Shown one piece after another: positions 26,951 through 39,898 of a stretch of DNA of 64,000 nt (positions within the stretch are counted from its first letter, which is position 1; each line of letters opens with the position of its first letter). The stretch covers positions 61,070,001-61,134,000 of the forward strand of contig OX597823.1 in NCBI GenBank assembly GCA_951406725.2. The letters run 5' to 3'. This DNA is from Octopus vulgaris (lineage: Eukaryota). The notes beneath the pieces are model-generated. The model was not told where the DNA came from. It searched no databases and worked only from the letters and a program-made list of their open reading frames with translations. The translations under genes were made by a program, and so were the position numbers.

Positions 26951-28692
26951 GATCACTATTTTGACGACAGTTTATTTCCAGTTTAGTATACTGTCTTTAC
27001 AAGGTGGAGAACACTGTATACTTCTTTCTTTCTCTACTGATCCAACAAAGATATTATTCAAAGAAAAGTCTAAGTCTTTTCTATGTAGGTATATATGACT
27101 GACATTTTATTGCGGATCCAATTTTGTCCAATGTAAACAATAAATTGCCAATGATTCTAATCAGCCATTTTCTGGCTTCCTTGGAATCCTTATGAATGTC
27201 AACAGATTTATTTTATTCTTTTTTTTTATGTTGACTTATTTTAAGAAAATGGAAATAAAGAGCTAGGGGTTTGGTTATGAGTTTCTGTGATTTAAAAGGA
27301 ACTTTAATAAGTCCATGTAATTTTTGCCCTAAATGTTTTGTGAATGTATGTACTGCCTTGCATCTATTATCCATTACACAAGCACAATTTCTTCTTTTTT
27401 TTTTAATCCCCCCTCCCATTTTTTGTGAATTTTCTATCCTACACATAAATATGCTGATTTCATGAATGCTAACTGCTTGCTTTCACCAACAATAAACTGT
27501 GATATACTGTAGCTTAATGATAGAAACTACAGCTTCAAGGGAGTGAGGTTGGTGTAAGCAGGTTCTGGGGAACTAATTGGCACCCAAAACGGGTCTAAGA
27601 GTAATTCTTCAGGGTTTTTACCTTAATGATATCTTTCGGGGAAGGTACACTTCAAATTTAAAAACACTTGTCATTTTCTTTAATGATTTGCCTATTTTCT
27701 AGTTTGTCATATGTTGTCATTGTCACTAGTGTGACCTGGGTAGAGTTAGCAAATATATATGTTGTTTAGCTTACTACTTCACAGTAGTTGGCTTACATAA
27801 AACAATTACTGGACAGGTTTTTTTTTTTTTCATGACCAAAAATCCACTGAGCTGTGATCTTTTGTAGATCAGACTATTGCAGTATTGCTGCACTTTTTAT
27901 AAACAGTAACTGCGAAGGGCTTTCATTTGAAAGTTGTGCTACTTTCGTACATTTTGTATTGGTTGCTTTACTTTCCTAATGCCATTTTCTGTTTTCTTGT
28001 AATGCAACATTCTTTATGTCCCTCTTTTATTTTTCTCGTCTAACGCCTGGCTAGCTGTTCCAAATGAATGAATCTGTTATTTAGAATGTTTGATATGTTA
28101 TATAGCCAAAATTAATTATACTTAGAATGTTGTAGAATTTCACATATTCCATTTAGAGTTAGAACTAGCAATTAGTTTAAGTCTGAGAAACAGAGGTATT
28201 GTGTGTAGCAGGTTGATGAATTTTTAGAAGTGTCTGTCTTCATATAGCTGCATTTCGTGTGCCATATGTCAACTGTTCAATTCTTGATTTATTGGCTGAG
28301 AATGGAACTAGCTTATTTTAGAGGCTAAAGAATTTCTAATGTAAGTGGATTTCAAAAATTTCCTTATAGACTGTTTCAATATTTCATTAAGAATGTTTAT
28401 AAATCAATTTAAAATGAAATAATCTTAAGTTGTTTGTATATAATAATACGAATTACTATTTTATTTTAATTTCATTTTTCTTTTCTTTTTTTTTTTTTTG
28501 GCTGAGTTAAATTTGTGATCAGAGCTTTTTATTTTATAATAAAATGTTAAGATTTATTCAAATTTATTAAATTTCTATAGGAACAAGCTCTTTTTTAAAT
28601 ATGTCCACGTCAGTGAATGATAGAATGATAATACTAATTAAGACTTATGTTCTGTCTTGGTAATACACATAGATGATACTAATTAAGGCCTT

Positions 28693-28734
<42 letters not shown>

Positions 28735-29602
28735 AAACAGGCCTTAATTGGTAACACAGTCAGTCATTTAGTTGTATAATACTTAATACTACAAAATCTT
28801 ATGGGCTAAGATTTCGAAAATGCTGCTATAGTGTCTTTTGTTTTGAAACATAAAACTATAAAAATTATCAGTTTCATTTTCATTTAATTAGTGGTTTGTT
28901 GATTCTTGTATCAATTATTGGTTTAGACCTGACAGTCTTTACAAACTTTTTTTTACAATGTTTGGTGATTGAAACTTTCATCATAGCTAACTCGAGTATA
29001 TCCTGTTCCTGTTGCTATCATAATTAAATATTAATGTTATCTTGATACTTGATATATAAATATACAGGATTTGTGTGTGTGTTGCATTTAATTTGAATAT
29101 ATTTTAGTTTGAGATTTAATTACAGTATTTGGACTAGATGATAATTTGACAGCGTCTGCCGTATATTTGATAATTTTTATTTTACTAAGTGACTTGTTGA
29201 ATTATCGTTTCTTTCAGATAGAATAGTAAGTGTTAATTTTAAAATGTCTGAATAAATGTATTATATTTACAATTATATCTAAAAACAAAATGAATAAATT
29301 GTCAGTACATGATTATTTAGCATTTAATTAGAGTTACTTTCCAAAGAACAATTTAGGGAATATTCTTAAATCGAACTTGAATTATATTTCTTCATTAAAG
29401 TTACATTTTAAGATTTTAGAGCATCTGGTGGATTTATATTCACCAATCCAGACTAAATTATGTTGCTTTATTTAAATAAATCTTTCTTAGATTCTGATTA
29501 TAATGGCAAAGATACTCAAATATAAAGCTGTTACCTAGCTGTATGAATTACAAATATCTTTTACCTGTGGCTACTGTTTAGAGGAATTATACATGTATAG
29601 AC

Positions 29603-29978
29603 ACAGGCATGGCTGTGTGGTAAGAAGCTTGTTTCCCAGCCACACTGGTTCCGGGTTCAGTCTCACTGCATGGTGCCTTGAGCAAGTGTCTTCTACTATA
29701 GCCTCGGGCTGACCAAAGCCTTGTGCGTGGATTTCGGTAGATGGAAACTGAAAGAAGCCCATTATGTATGTATGTATTTGTCTGTCTGTGTTCCCCCACC
29801 CCATCACCACTTGACAACTGGTGTTGGTGTGTCCCCATAACTTAGTGGTTCGGCAAAAGAGACTGAAAGGATAAGTACTTGGCTGAAAAAAAGTCCTGGG
29901 GTCAATTTGTCTGACTAAACACATCAAGGTGGTGCCCCAGCATGGCAATAGTCAAATGACTGGAACATGTAAAAGACA
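29603..29978 (+). mobile_element. SINE family A, full length
   Basis: Collinear with 50722-51100. Confidence 0.92.
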
Positions 29979-30602
29979 AATTAGAATTTTTTTAAATTAT
30001 GGTATACTCATTCATAGTCTTATTTTCAAATTCAACTTTATTTACAGTTATTAACTTGTTTATTGAGTACAGACAAATTTATTTAAAGCTAAGCTGCATT
30101 TATTTCATATTTTGTTTACAAAACATGTTTTGAACAAAATTTCAAATTAATTGCTTAAGCTGAACAATTAGAAATACAAAAAAAATTGAGGAAATAAACA
30201 TTATAAATTTATTCTATAGCTAGTTAAACTGGACAGAATGTTTCATATAGAAGTATTAAAAATTTTGTTAAACTTAACAATAGTTTTAGGGTACATTTTT
30301 TTTTTAATATCTTCTCTTTAAATAATGCAGTGGTGTTGACTTGAAATTAAAAGTCTACATAATGTCTCTTTGGTAAATATTTCTTCCTATTTCAGTTCTG
30401 TTGTAACTATTTCTTCGATAATTTTAGATCCTCTTCAATGAGATGGATAAAATCAACTAATGAAATGAAATATGTTTTGGGTGGTCATAGGATAAATTAA
30501 AGGGAGTATTTATATAACTATATAATATTTCTATGGCTTCTTTTTGAATTGCATTCATAAACATTCTTTCAAATATGAACGATTTTCTCTGTTATTTGTC
30601 AG

Positions 30603-30625
30603 CTGATGTGTACCATCCCTGATAG
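30603..30625 (+). CDS. Candidate terminal mini-exon (phase 1: xDVYHP**)
   Basis: ttttctctgttatttgtcAG|CT GAT GTG TAC CAT CCC TGA TAG, a double stop. Confidence 0.2.
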
Positions 30626-33600
30626 CTCTTGGCTAATTTTGAATAAGTACATTTTTTGACTTTTTATACACACTTAGAACATCATTAGTTATAAACAAGT
30701 ATTCCACATTCTAATTATTTTCAATACTTTTTAAAATAATAATTCTAATTATTTCATTATGTCTACAATTACGGTCCTTAAAACATTTGAGTAAATACGT
30801 AACAGTCATCCGAATTCAGTTAGTGATAGATTTCTTCTGCTTTAGCCTCTGCTACTAGTAGCTACTTGAAGGTACTGGCTATTTGTCATATGCTGTGCTT
30901 ATTGAAGTGAACTGCAGATCAATGGGTTTGGGAAAGAAAAAGATAAAAATATACATATTTTATTGGGTTGTCTTGTAGGGAGATTGTTGACTGTGGCTTA
31001 TATATGTCTGTATTCCAACTACCATTTATCACCGTAACGTTGTGCCAACCAAGCTTTTCCTAATTATACATTTTGTCTGTTGTATTGTCACTCTAACATC
31101 TACTGTGTTTGTTACAAATTGACATCATCTGCATAATTCTGTACTTCTCTCCACTTATATTTCAGATTTATTGCAAAATAAAAATTCTTTAACAAGCAAA
31201 ATAACCAAAAATTTATTTTGTATGTTAAAATCTATATAGTATCTCCCAATTTCTTTCGAATATGTTGAACTAGTTTTAAAATATCTTTTATTCTATCCCC
31301 TACTCTCAATATCTGTGCATTTTCATGAACTTACATATTACATGTATTTATACATACATGTGTATATGATATATATATATATGAGAGAAAAAAAGCAGAG
31401 AAAACACAAGTAAAAAGGAAAATAGAGTATATGCATGTTTGAATTATATAGTGTTCTCGTCAGTGTTGAAGTTTACTGTTATAGTTTAAGATTATAAATC
31501 ATGTTAATAAGGATTAACTCTAAGATCCAAAACAAACAAGAAGAATTGTCTGAAACCTTTTTTTTCTTTTACTTTTTCTTCTTTTTTTGTAATGATGATA
31601 ATACACATTTTGCTGAAAACTCTTACTAGTGGTTAGTAACTTATCCTTTTCAAATATATAAATCCAATGAAATGTTTTCTTTTATTTTAAGGATTATTTT
31701 TAAAAAAATATTGTGAGGTTCCATCTCACGTAAGAACAGTAAAAGGAGGAAGAACTTTGCTTCTATAGAGGCTCTACAAATGTCCCTCTGCATCTTAAAA
31801 TAGAACCTTGTATGGTTATTTTCCAGCTTACTCCATTGCAGAGTAAGGTATGCAAATGTCTTAAAAAAACCTAGTATGCATTTTAATTTCATGTGAATCA
31901 CTTCTAATAGGATTGTTTTTATTTGTGCATTCATTGTATTTTTCTTCCCAAACTGATAATACTTAATGCATAACAGAATAAGTTAATCCATGTCCTCTTT
32001 CGATACATTCGTCTCAAGGCCACTTTGTTTACAGCTACAATTATTTGTAATTGCTTGACTACTCATTATGATTTGCTAACGGTGTAGCACTGAAAGCAGC
32101 ATAGAATCGCTTAGGTATGTCAGTACTTAATGTGTTAGTGTGTTTTCCTTGAAATTGTCAATGTAGATTATTTCACATGGAACTTACTTTTTAGAAATAT
32201 TTAGAAAGTCCTTAATTTATATTATACTGATTTCTATACAGTACAGTTCTTATTTTATGTAGCTGGTGTGACTGGGTTGATTTTTGATAATTCATATGAA
32301 AATATTAAAATTCTTGTACCTTGTAATGCTAAAGCGAATGCCTTCCACAATCGTAATTACTTCACTATAGAATGGAAGGCAGACCAGCAAACTGTGACCA
32401 ACCTTTTTTTTTGTACTTGGGGCACACCACAATGACTGTAGCTGGGCGTGAATTCCTCAACTATGTGGTCAGTAGCTTAACACCTTCATCAAGCTGCTAC
32501 TGTTATTCTTGATTACACCACTGAAGATTTTACAATGGTCTTACATGAGTGATGAATAAATAACTGTTGCTTTTGACTTGCCAGAACTGCAGCTGCAGAT
32601 TTCACGACACCAAAAATAATAGCAAGCTAAATGTTTAGGATTTAGTCTTGTCTTCTGAAGTCAATATCTATTTCTTAGTTACGTCCATTGTTGAGAGGAA
32701 ACACAGACTGCATCTTTTGTTAGCTTTTCTTACTGTATCACAATTTTGGGGAAATTTTTGTGATTTCTTAAATGACTTTTCTTTACAATGATTTCTTGAA
32801 TTTTCCTTCACATGTGTTGGTATTTTGATAATGACACATGCACACAGGACTGATAAATCCGTGGCCACAAATGTACTTCATATAACATTCATGAACATAA
32901 TTCTGACTATATATATATTTATGATAACACATTTATCTTTATAGAAAGGAGAAATTCAGACATGTTATTCAATAACAATAGTTCTTCTTTCTAAATATAT
33001 AGTTTGAAAAACAACAACACTCTTTCACTTAAAGAAAAAAAAGACATTTATCTATTTTCATGTGAATTGTAGTAATTATTCAAGACAATATTAACAACTA
33101 CAGAGGAATATATTGCACAAGTTGCACAGGATTTTTTGTTCTATAGCATCAATTAACAAATTATTATTTCAAATAAATCATACATATGTATATATGTATG
33201 TGTGTGTGTGTGTGCATATATGTGTGTATATATGCATATGTATATATATATATGTGTGTGTGTATGTAGATATATATACATATATATATATATATAAAGT
33301 CTGTATCAGTTCTTGCTTCTCTATTGTAGAGTGCACAACAGTTTTCTGCTAAAATGGTTGGTTTCAATTCTTGGCATCACTGATCTCTAGTCTTTAGAGT
33401 ATTGCAGTAAAACAGGAAATTATTATAGTTAACGAAATGATAATCACTATACTCTTTACATTTGCACTTGTGGCAGCTTGCATTGATATGCAAAGTAAAA
33501 TCAAGTGCAGTTCATAACAAATACTGTCTTTCAAGACTAAAGCCGAAAACAAACATATATATATAAATATTATATATATGTGTGTATGTATGTATCATAC

Positions 33601-33791
33601 TACTTTAGAATTAGCATTGTTCTTTACCAATTGTACTATAGTAACAACCCTTATTTTTTAGTTGCTGATAATTCATTAGTAGCTATTTTTTCATGTTTTA
33701 GCTGCCATTCTAGAGATGCTTGTGGGACTTCCTTAATATACAAAAGCGTAATTGGCAGATTTTTATCTATAATTCTTTCATTATTTACTTA

Positions 33792-33824
<33 letters not shown>

Positions 33825-35520
33825 ATAATATGTAATAAATATATATAAATATGGTAAGGAGATACGGGTATTGATACGTGAGTGTAGGCCTCAATCTGTT
33901 CAACCAGACTCAGCATAGACTATTGTCTAACTTCAACGCTATTACTTATTCTTCAATTCTAATTTTTTTTTTTTTTATGACATCTCATACAAAAATATAT
34001 AAACCATTCATGAGATTTGGGCAAAGAATATTTCATATCCTCCTAACTTTTTAATGTCATGTTCTGACTCCAATCTGAGTGAAGTCAATCTTTAGCTACT
34101 TTCACAGTTATCAGAAAGTTAATTATTAAATTGTGTCTGTGACATTGATGTGTGAATGTGTGAATAATATATTTAGATATTTCTGTGACTATTAGAACTA
34201 TAAATATATATATATATAAAACATATGAAGTTATGCTATATTTATTGCAAGGATATGGCCCCTATATATGTGAACCAGTCTCAAAAACTTAAAATCATCA
34301 TTGCTTTTGCTTATTTTTGTGGGTGGATTTCCTTAATTCTCTCTTTTTTTTATATAAGCTTGCTATTGGTTAAAAAAGAACTATGTAACATATATATAAA
34401 CATATATATATATAATTATATACATATATGTATGTATGTATGTATACATGCACATATCTATTAGGAAACAAAACTTTCCATCCAAAGACATTTTTATTCT
34501 AAATTTTTTCTAGTGCGCTATATTCCATCCATTCGTCTTTCATATAGATTATTTCTTAAAACTCCTTCCATTGCCTGCCAAGATATTGTGCAAGGCTTCT
34601 TTATTCATTCTTTCCATCCAACAATTTAAAAAAAAAAAGCAAAATCAAATATAAACTTTGTATTTTCTGCTCATAAACTAAACTATCATTCTATTATAAA
34701 TATGCAATTTCTCCTCGACTGGAGATTATATATATTTTTTTTTTCCGTCAAAGAGTTTTAAAGCTAAGTAAGGCTTCTGAAAAGTAGCCATTTCAGTTTG
34801 AAGAAATTTTCTATGTTTCACCATGAAGGAAGGAACAAGAACATGGCTTTAAAGCTCATGATCTATCATTTCTTAATACTAGTATATATATATATATATA
34901 TAAATATATACATATGTAAAATCAAAGTCTGACATTGATAAACAAATCAATGTTCCTTATTGTTAAATGAAATAAATGCAACAAAAATGGCAGGTGTCAC
35001 ATTATCTTAACTCAGTAGCAAGCTTGCTCTATACTCTAATATTGATTAAAATTATTATCAATTGCTTTAAGATGACAATTTGGCCGAAACAGAAGAATGT
35101 TAGACGAAAATGCCTTATGGTATTTAGTTTAACTAACCTCGTACTTTATGAGTGGAAAGCAGGCTGAGGCCTACTTTGCCTTCTTCTCAGGCTTCACTTA
35201 AATAATTACTTTTGTTATATGGAGGGTTAATTCAATAAATTATATCTCCTTTCCTTATAAACATTGATATTGTGCCTAGTAAATAGAAATAATTGATATT
35301 TTCTATTAATTCTTCCTAGGCTTGGCCTTGGACTTGCATTATCATATACAATATCATGATGCATCAAAACATATACATATTAAAGCTCTTCCATAAGAAG
35401 CTTGACATAAAATTCATTCTTTATTCTGCAATTAATTGCTTTCAGAAATCTACAACAGCTGTATTCAAGAGAGCTGTGATCATCATAGCTGTTCAACTAT
35501 ATAACTGCTTTTTTACATAT

Positions 35521-35555
<35 letters not shown>

Positions 35556-37005
35556 GCATATATATATAAAACTTCCCCTAATATAGGCTCCATGGCTTCA
35601 GATCTGTTGTTGAAGCATTCTGAAGACATTCATTCACATTGTACTGAGCTATATGAGTTATTAAAGCTGATAAGAATGAAAAAAACAAATCAATTTCATA
35701 AATATACTAATAACAAATTTCAAGAGAAATGTTCTCAAAAGAAAGCATCTGCATAAAATAGTCAATTAAGGAGTAGATAATTGTATAGAAATGATTTATC
35801 CTAAACAATCATTTATCCTAAAAATCTAACCTGGGTTGTGATAACAAGTTTATCTTAGTTAATTTGTGGCTTAATTGTTTAGTGTTCAGAGAATATGTTT
35901 CAATACACATGCACACATGCAACAGTAGTATATAATTCACTGAATTCTAATAAATTACAACTAGAAGTCTAATGATTAAGGTGTGTAACAAAAAAAAAAA
36001 ATCAATATTTTTCCTTCCTGTCCTTACTCCCCCACCAATCATAAAATGTGTATTATTTTCACTATAAAAAGATTTCCTGAACTATGGTCCATAATGTTTT
36101 GAGCCTTAAACTGTTCTGAAATCGCTTGCTAGCATCAACTTAAACAGCAACTATTGTTGCGTATTGTCTCTGAGTCCACTTTTAAAAATCTTTGCAACAC
36201 TCATTATATGGAAGAAAAAAAACCTCTTTCTCGAATTGAAGAACTTTTTTTTCCCCCACTCCTTTCTCCACAACTGATGCTTTTCAGTGAATCAATAAAA
36301 GCTACGTATCAGATATTTATGTATATGTACAACAAAAGCAAAACAACTCTAAATTACTATTTACATGTCAAAGCCTTATTTAAACATTGTAACAATGGTA
36401 TATTTCAGAAATGTAGGTTATGTTTCAATTTATTTTGTTTCAACGAATGGTCTAATTATTATCATTAACAGAGAATATCAATATACCGAAACATTGTTCA
36501 CGCCAAGCAAGCATATTTCTCGAAATCTTCCTAAAAATCTACAGCAGTACCTATATCAAAATGTAGATAACAAGATTAAAAACTTACTTGCGCCCACACA
36601 CTGTCACATATGCATATACCTATTCACATATACATATTTACACAATCCCGTTTAAATATCACAAAAATCAGTGATAAAATGCTTACTTTTTATGACTACA
36701 TTCTCTCAGGGAATATAATTTTGGGGGCTGTTTCATGAATCAGGGCAATATATATACTATTTAAAGAACGCCTATTATTAAAGGTGAATTTTTAAAAAAC
36801 CCATCTATATTATATCAAATCATTTTTAACACCCCTCCCCACATACACACACACACACACATATATATATGTATATCTTATATGTAAGATGGAATGAGAA
36901 ATTCTCAGATATGACTTTCGGGTAACAATTTGAAATTTCAATATTTCAAAACCCATCACCCATTCTTTCCATTTTCCACTTTGAATCCGTCTTTTTCTCA
37001 TTTAG

Positions 37006-37028
37006 GATTATTCAATAGGTCTGGTTGA
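37006..37028 (+). CDS. Candidate terminal mini-exon (phase 1: xLFNRSG*)
   Basis: ccgtctttttctcatttAG|G, followed by a GC-richer ~110-nt island. Confidence 0.25.
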
Positions 37029-37614
37029 GCAGATGATAGAAGCTCACACAAAATTGGCAGGGATTTTTGCATTTCTCATCAGCTGATGGTTTTGCATCAC
37101 AACTGGTGGTAAAGTTGTATATGACTACCTCAATATAGATCAGTGTATGTATGTGCAATTTTGTTGGTTTTTCTTTTTTTGTTTCTTTCATTTTTCCTCT
37201 TTTTTTTCATTTCTTTTTTACTTTATCTTTTCAATCTCTGCTTTATGGCAACATTTTTTTTTCACCAAATTTAACTCAGGGCAGGTTGTGTCTGGTGGTT
37301 CATTGTTTGCTTAAACATCTTATTTTTTATATATACATATCTAAATTTGTTTAGGTTCATGATTTTAGTTTAAAAAAAACTTCCCTTCCTTCTCCCATTT
37401 TTAAATAAAATATATATTCTGCTGCATTTAATAATGTAGCCTCTAATCCATTTCTTTTCCTATTTTAGTTGTTGATATTTTTCACATGAATAATGTTACA
37501 GAATTATTTATTCCCAATGTTCAAATGCCACATTATAGATTTGTTTTTTCTCAATTTACAGCTAGTTCACATGAACTCTACTTTCAGATTACTGTCCACA
37601 TTTGACATACACAC

Positions 37615-37678
<64 letters not shown>

Positions 37679-37909
37679 TGTATAGATTTCTAGCTGCAAA
37701 TTGACTATATAGTGCTTGTCATTAGTAACTATTTTGCTGGTCAGAAATAATTAGATTTTCAATTCTAAAACTAATTTAGACACACACACACATATCTATA
37801 TTATATATATGTATGTATGTGTGTGTGTGTGTATATATATATATACACATATATATATATATATACATATACACACATACATGTATGTGTCTGTGTATAT
37901 ATGTATTTA

Positions 37910-37965
<56 letters not shown>

Positions 37966-38677
37966 TAAGTGTGCATTTGTGGATATTTTCTAATTATAAA
38001 TTTTTAAATACTTTTCTAATATCTTGTGTCATTAGTCTATTAAGCTATTAGGAAGAAATATTCTCAGACAGCATACGGATAATATATAATGAATCTAAAA
38101 AACAGTCTTCTGAAAAATGACATGCTCCATATTCTTTTGGGCAGTAATTAGAATTAGAAATATTAAACATTTCCTGCCAACCAATTAGCACTACTCATTT
38201 CATAATAATGAGCAACACACTCTTGCAGTTGATTTCTTTGAAACCTTTTGAGAAATTCCTTGTAGCAGGATTCTTTTGCACTATGAATTAAAGTCTGAGA
38301 TTTTAATGTTATCAGCATTGGACTTTATATGTATTAGTTTGAAACAGGACAGAGAAACAGGCCTGTCTCAAATTAATGCTTTCTCATGTCCTAACTAGTT
38401 TTTTTTTTTTTTTCATTTTTCTTACTTAATCACATATTTTAACTTCCAAACAAGCGCAAGTCACAATGAAATACAAATTGAAATTTTCTCAAGAAAATAT
38501 TCTAATAACAGTTGATTATGATAATTGAATTAAACTTATTTAAATTTCCAGTAGTGTTTGTAATGTGAAATTGGCTGAATTGTTAAAGATATTGCCAGAA
38601 AATACAACTCTCAAGTGGCTATCATTGTTTTTTATTTTCTCTTTTTTCCCCCTTTTCTTTTCCTATTTTCTTCACAG

Positions 38678-38742
38678 GCATCATTATGCTTTACTCATGT
38701 TGTCCACCTAATTCAGGGGTTTGGGAGCTAAATTACAAGTAA
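38678..38742 (+). CDS. Candidate terminal exon (phase 1: xIIMLYSCCPPNSGVWELNYK*)
   Basis: A ~45-nt almost pure pyrimidine tract ends in ttcacAG|G. It is followed by a U-rich 3'UTR-like region with AATAAA signals. Confidence 0.35.
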
Positions 38743-39409
38743 CTAGATTTAAAGCAGGAAAATTAAGTAATTTTAATTAATGCCATCACTATTTAATATT
38801 TATCTTATCATAAATTATTGTTAGTATTTTTTCCTTATTTTTTTTTTTAATTATTTTTTTTCCAAGTTTCTGAAAATAAAGATTTTCTTATCAGTCAAGA
38901 TATTTTTTAATGACTCTCTCATTAAAGTTTATTTATTCTTTTGTTTTTGTTTTTGCTTTTCTTTGTCATATTTTATCACTTTTGGTTACAGCAAAAAGAA
39001 TAAATAAATAAAATGAACATGAAAAATAAAATTCAATATTCCATTGGGTAGGGTTAGGGGTAGGGTTGTTAATTTGGCTAGTCCTCCAGGTAAGCAATAA
39101 TGATTTTGTTAAATTTTGTTGGGATTTTTTTTTCTTTTTTCTTATTTTATTAGAAAGTAGTTAAATATATGCTTTTCTTGTACTGATTGTTTTTCCTGTT
39201 TTATTTTTCACATTTTATTGTTTTTTTTTATTATTATTATTTGATTTCTGTTTCATAAAATCAAATGGCATAGTTATTTTCTTAAAAGACTATAATTTTT
39301 ATTCCTGTCATTTACTTATGCTCTGTATAAATATTTGTATAAGCATTGGCTCTTATGAATGATTATTATTAATATTATTATTTTCTTTTTGTTTCATAAA
39401 AGAAAAGAA

Positions 39410-39465
39410 AATTAAAATAAATTGTTATTTAGCTCTGAAATTCATCTTTTGTTTCAATTTTTTCA
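39410..39465 (+). terminator. Candidate polyadenylation region
   Basis: TGTA elements upstream (about 39325 and 39337), ATTAAA/AATAAA at 39411-39421, and a downstream U-rich element (ttcatcttttgtttcaattttt). It coincides with the end of the TE-poor zone. Confidence 0.4.
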
Positions 39466-39709
39466 ACCACTGTCCCATTCCTCTGATGTACTCCACAACA
39501 AAAAAAAGTGTTGGTAAGATAATTTGTGTTCAGCTCTCATTGTAAAGAAGTTTAGTAGCTTAGATTACTTAACAGAGAATTGTTTCTGTTAAAAACAGTT
39601 GCAATGTGAAATAACTCAACTAGTGTCAGCTTATCTCTGAGTAGTTCAGAATATAAAGGATTGACAAATAGGCAGTACCCATATTCATACCCAGGTACAG
39701 ACACACACC

Positions 39710-39752
<43 letters not shown>

Positions 39753-39830
39753 GGTCAGTTGCTCATAAGTCTGAGAATAAAGCACACTCTGGAAAAAAAC
39801 ATTTTAAAGGAGTCATTGGTTATGGCTAGT

Positions 39831-39898
39831 CAGAAGGCTACCATAGGTTTCATGTATGTTGTTGCACTTAGCAATGTAGCAACTCATCAGACCTGCTG
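39831..39898 (-). ncRNA. Type I hammerhead-ribozyme-like motif
   Basis: Minus strand: cagcaggt-CTGATGA-gttgctaca..tgcaacaac-atacat-GAAA-cctatgg-TA-gccttctg. Stem I has 7/8 pairs, stem III is ACC/GGT, and the cleavage triplet is GUA. There is an atypical 6-nt insert before GAAA. Confidence 0.5.

Noticed and set aside
29521-29547. mir-9/mir-79-like words (ataaagct; gttacctagctgtatga)
   Set aside because: The seed tctttgg is absent, the arms are in the wrong order, and there is no precursor hairpin.
31425-31465. Minus-strand CTGACGA..gaa/ttc..AAAC
   Set aside because: It lacks the G of GAAA and stem I.
32068-32096. SECIS element (AUGA...GA)
   Set aside because: Helix II is only about 5 bp and there is no correctly placed apical AA motif.
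33462-33472. mir-92-like ttgcacttgt
   Set aside because: Only 10 nt match, on the 5' arm. The rest of the mature sequence is absent.
39046-39065. Telomere array or telomerase RNA template
   Set aside because: There is only one exact TTAGGG and no supporting domain structure.
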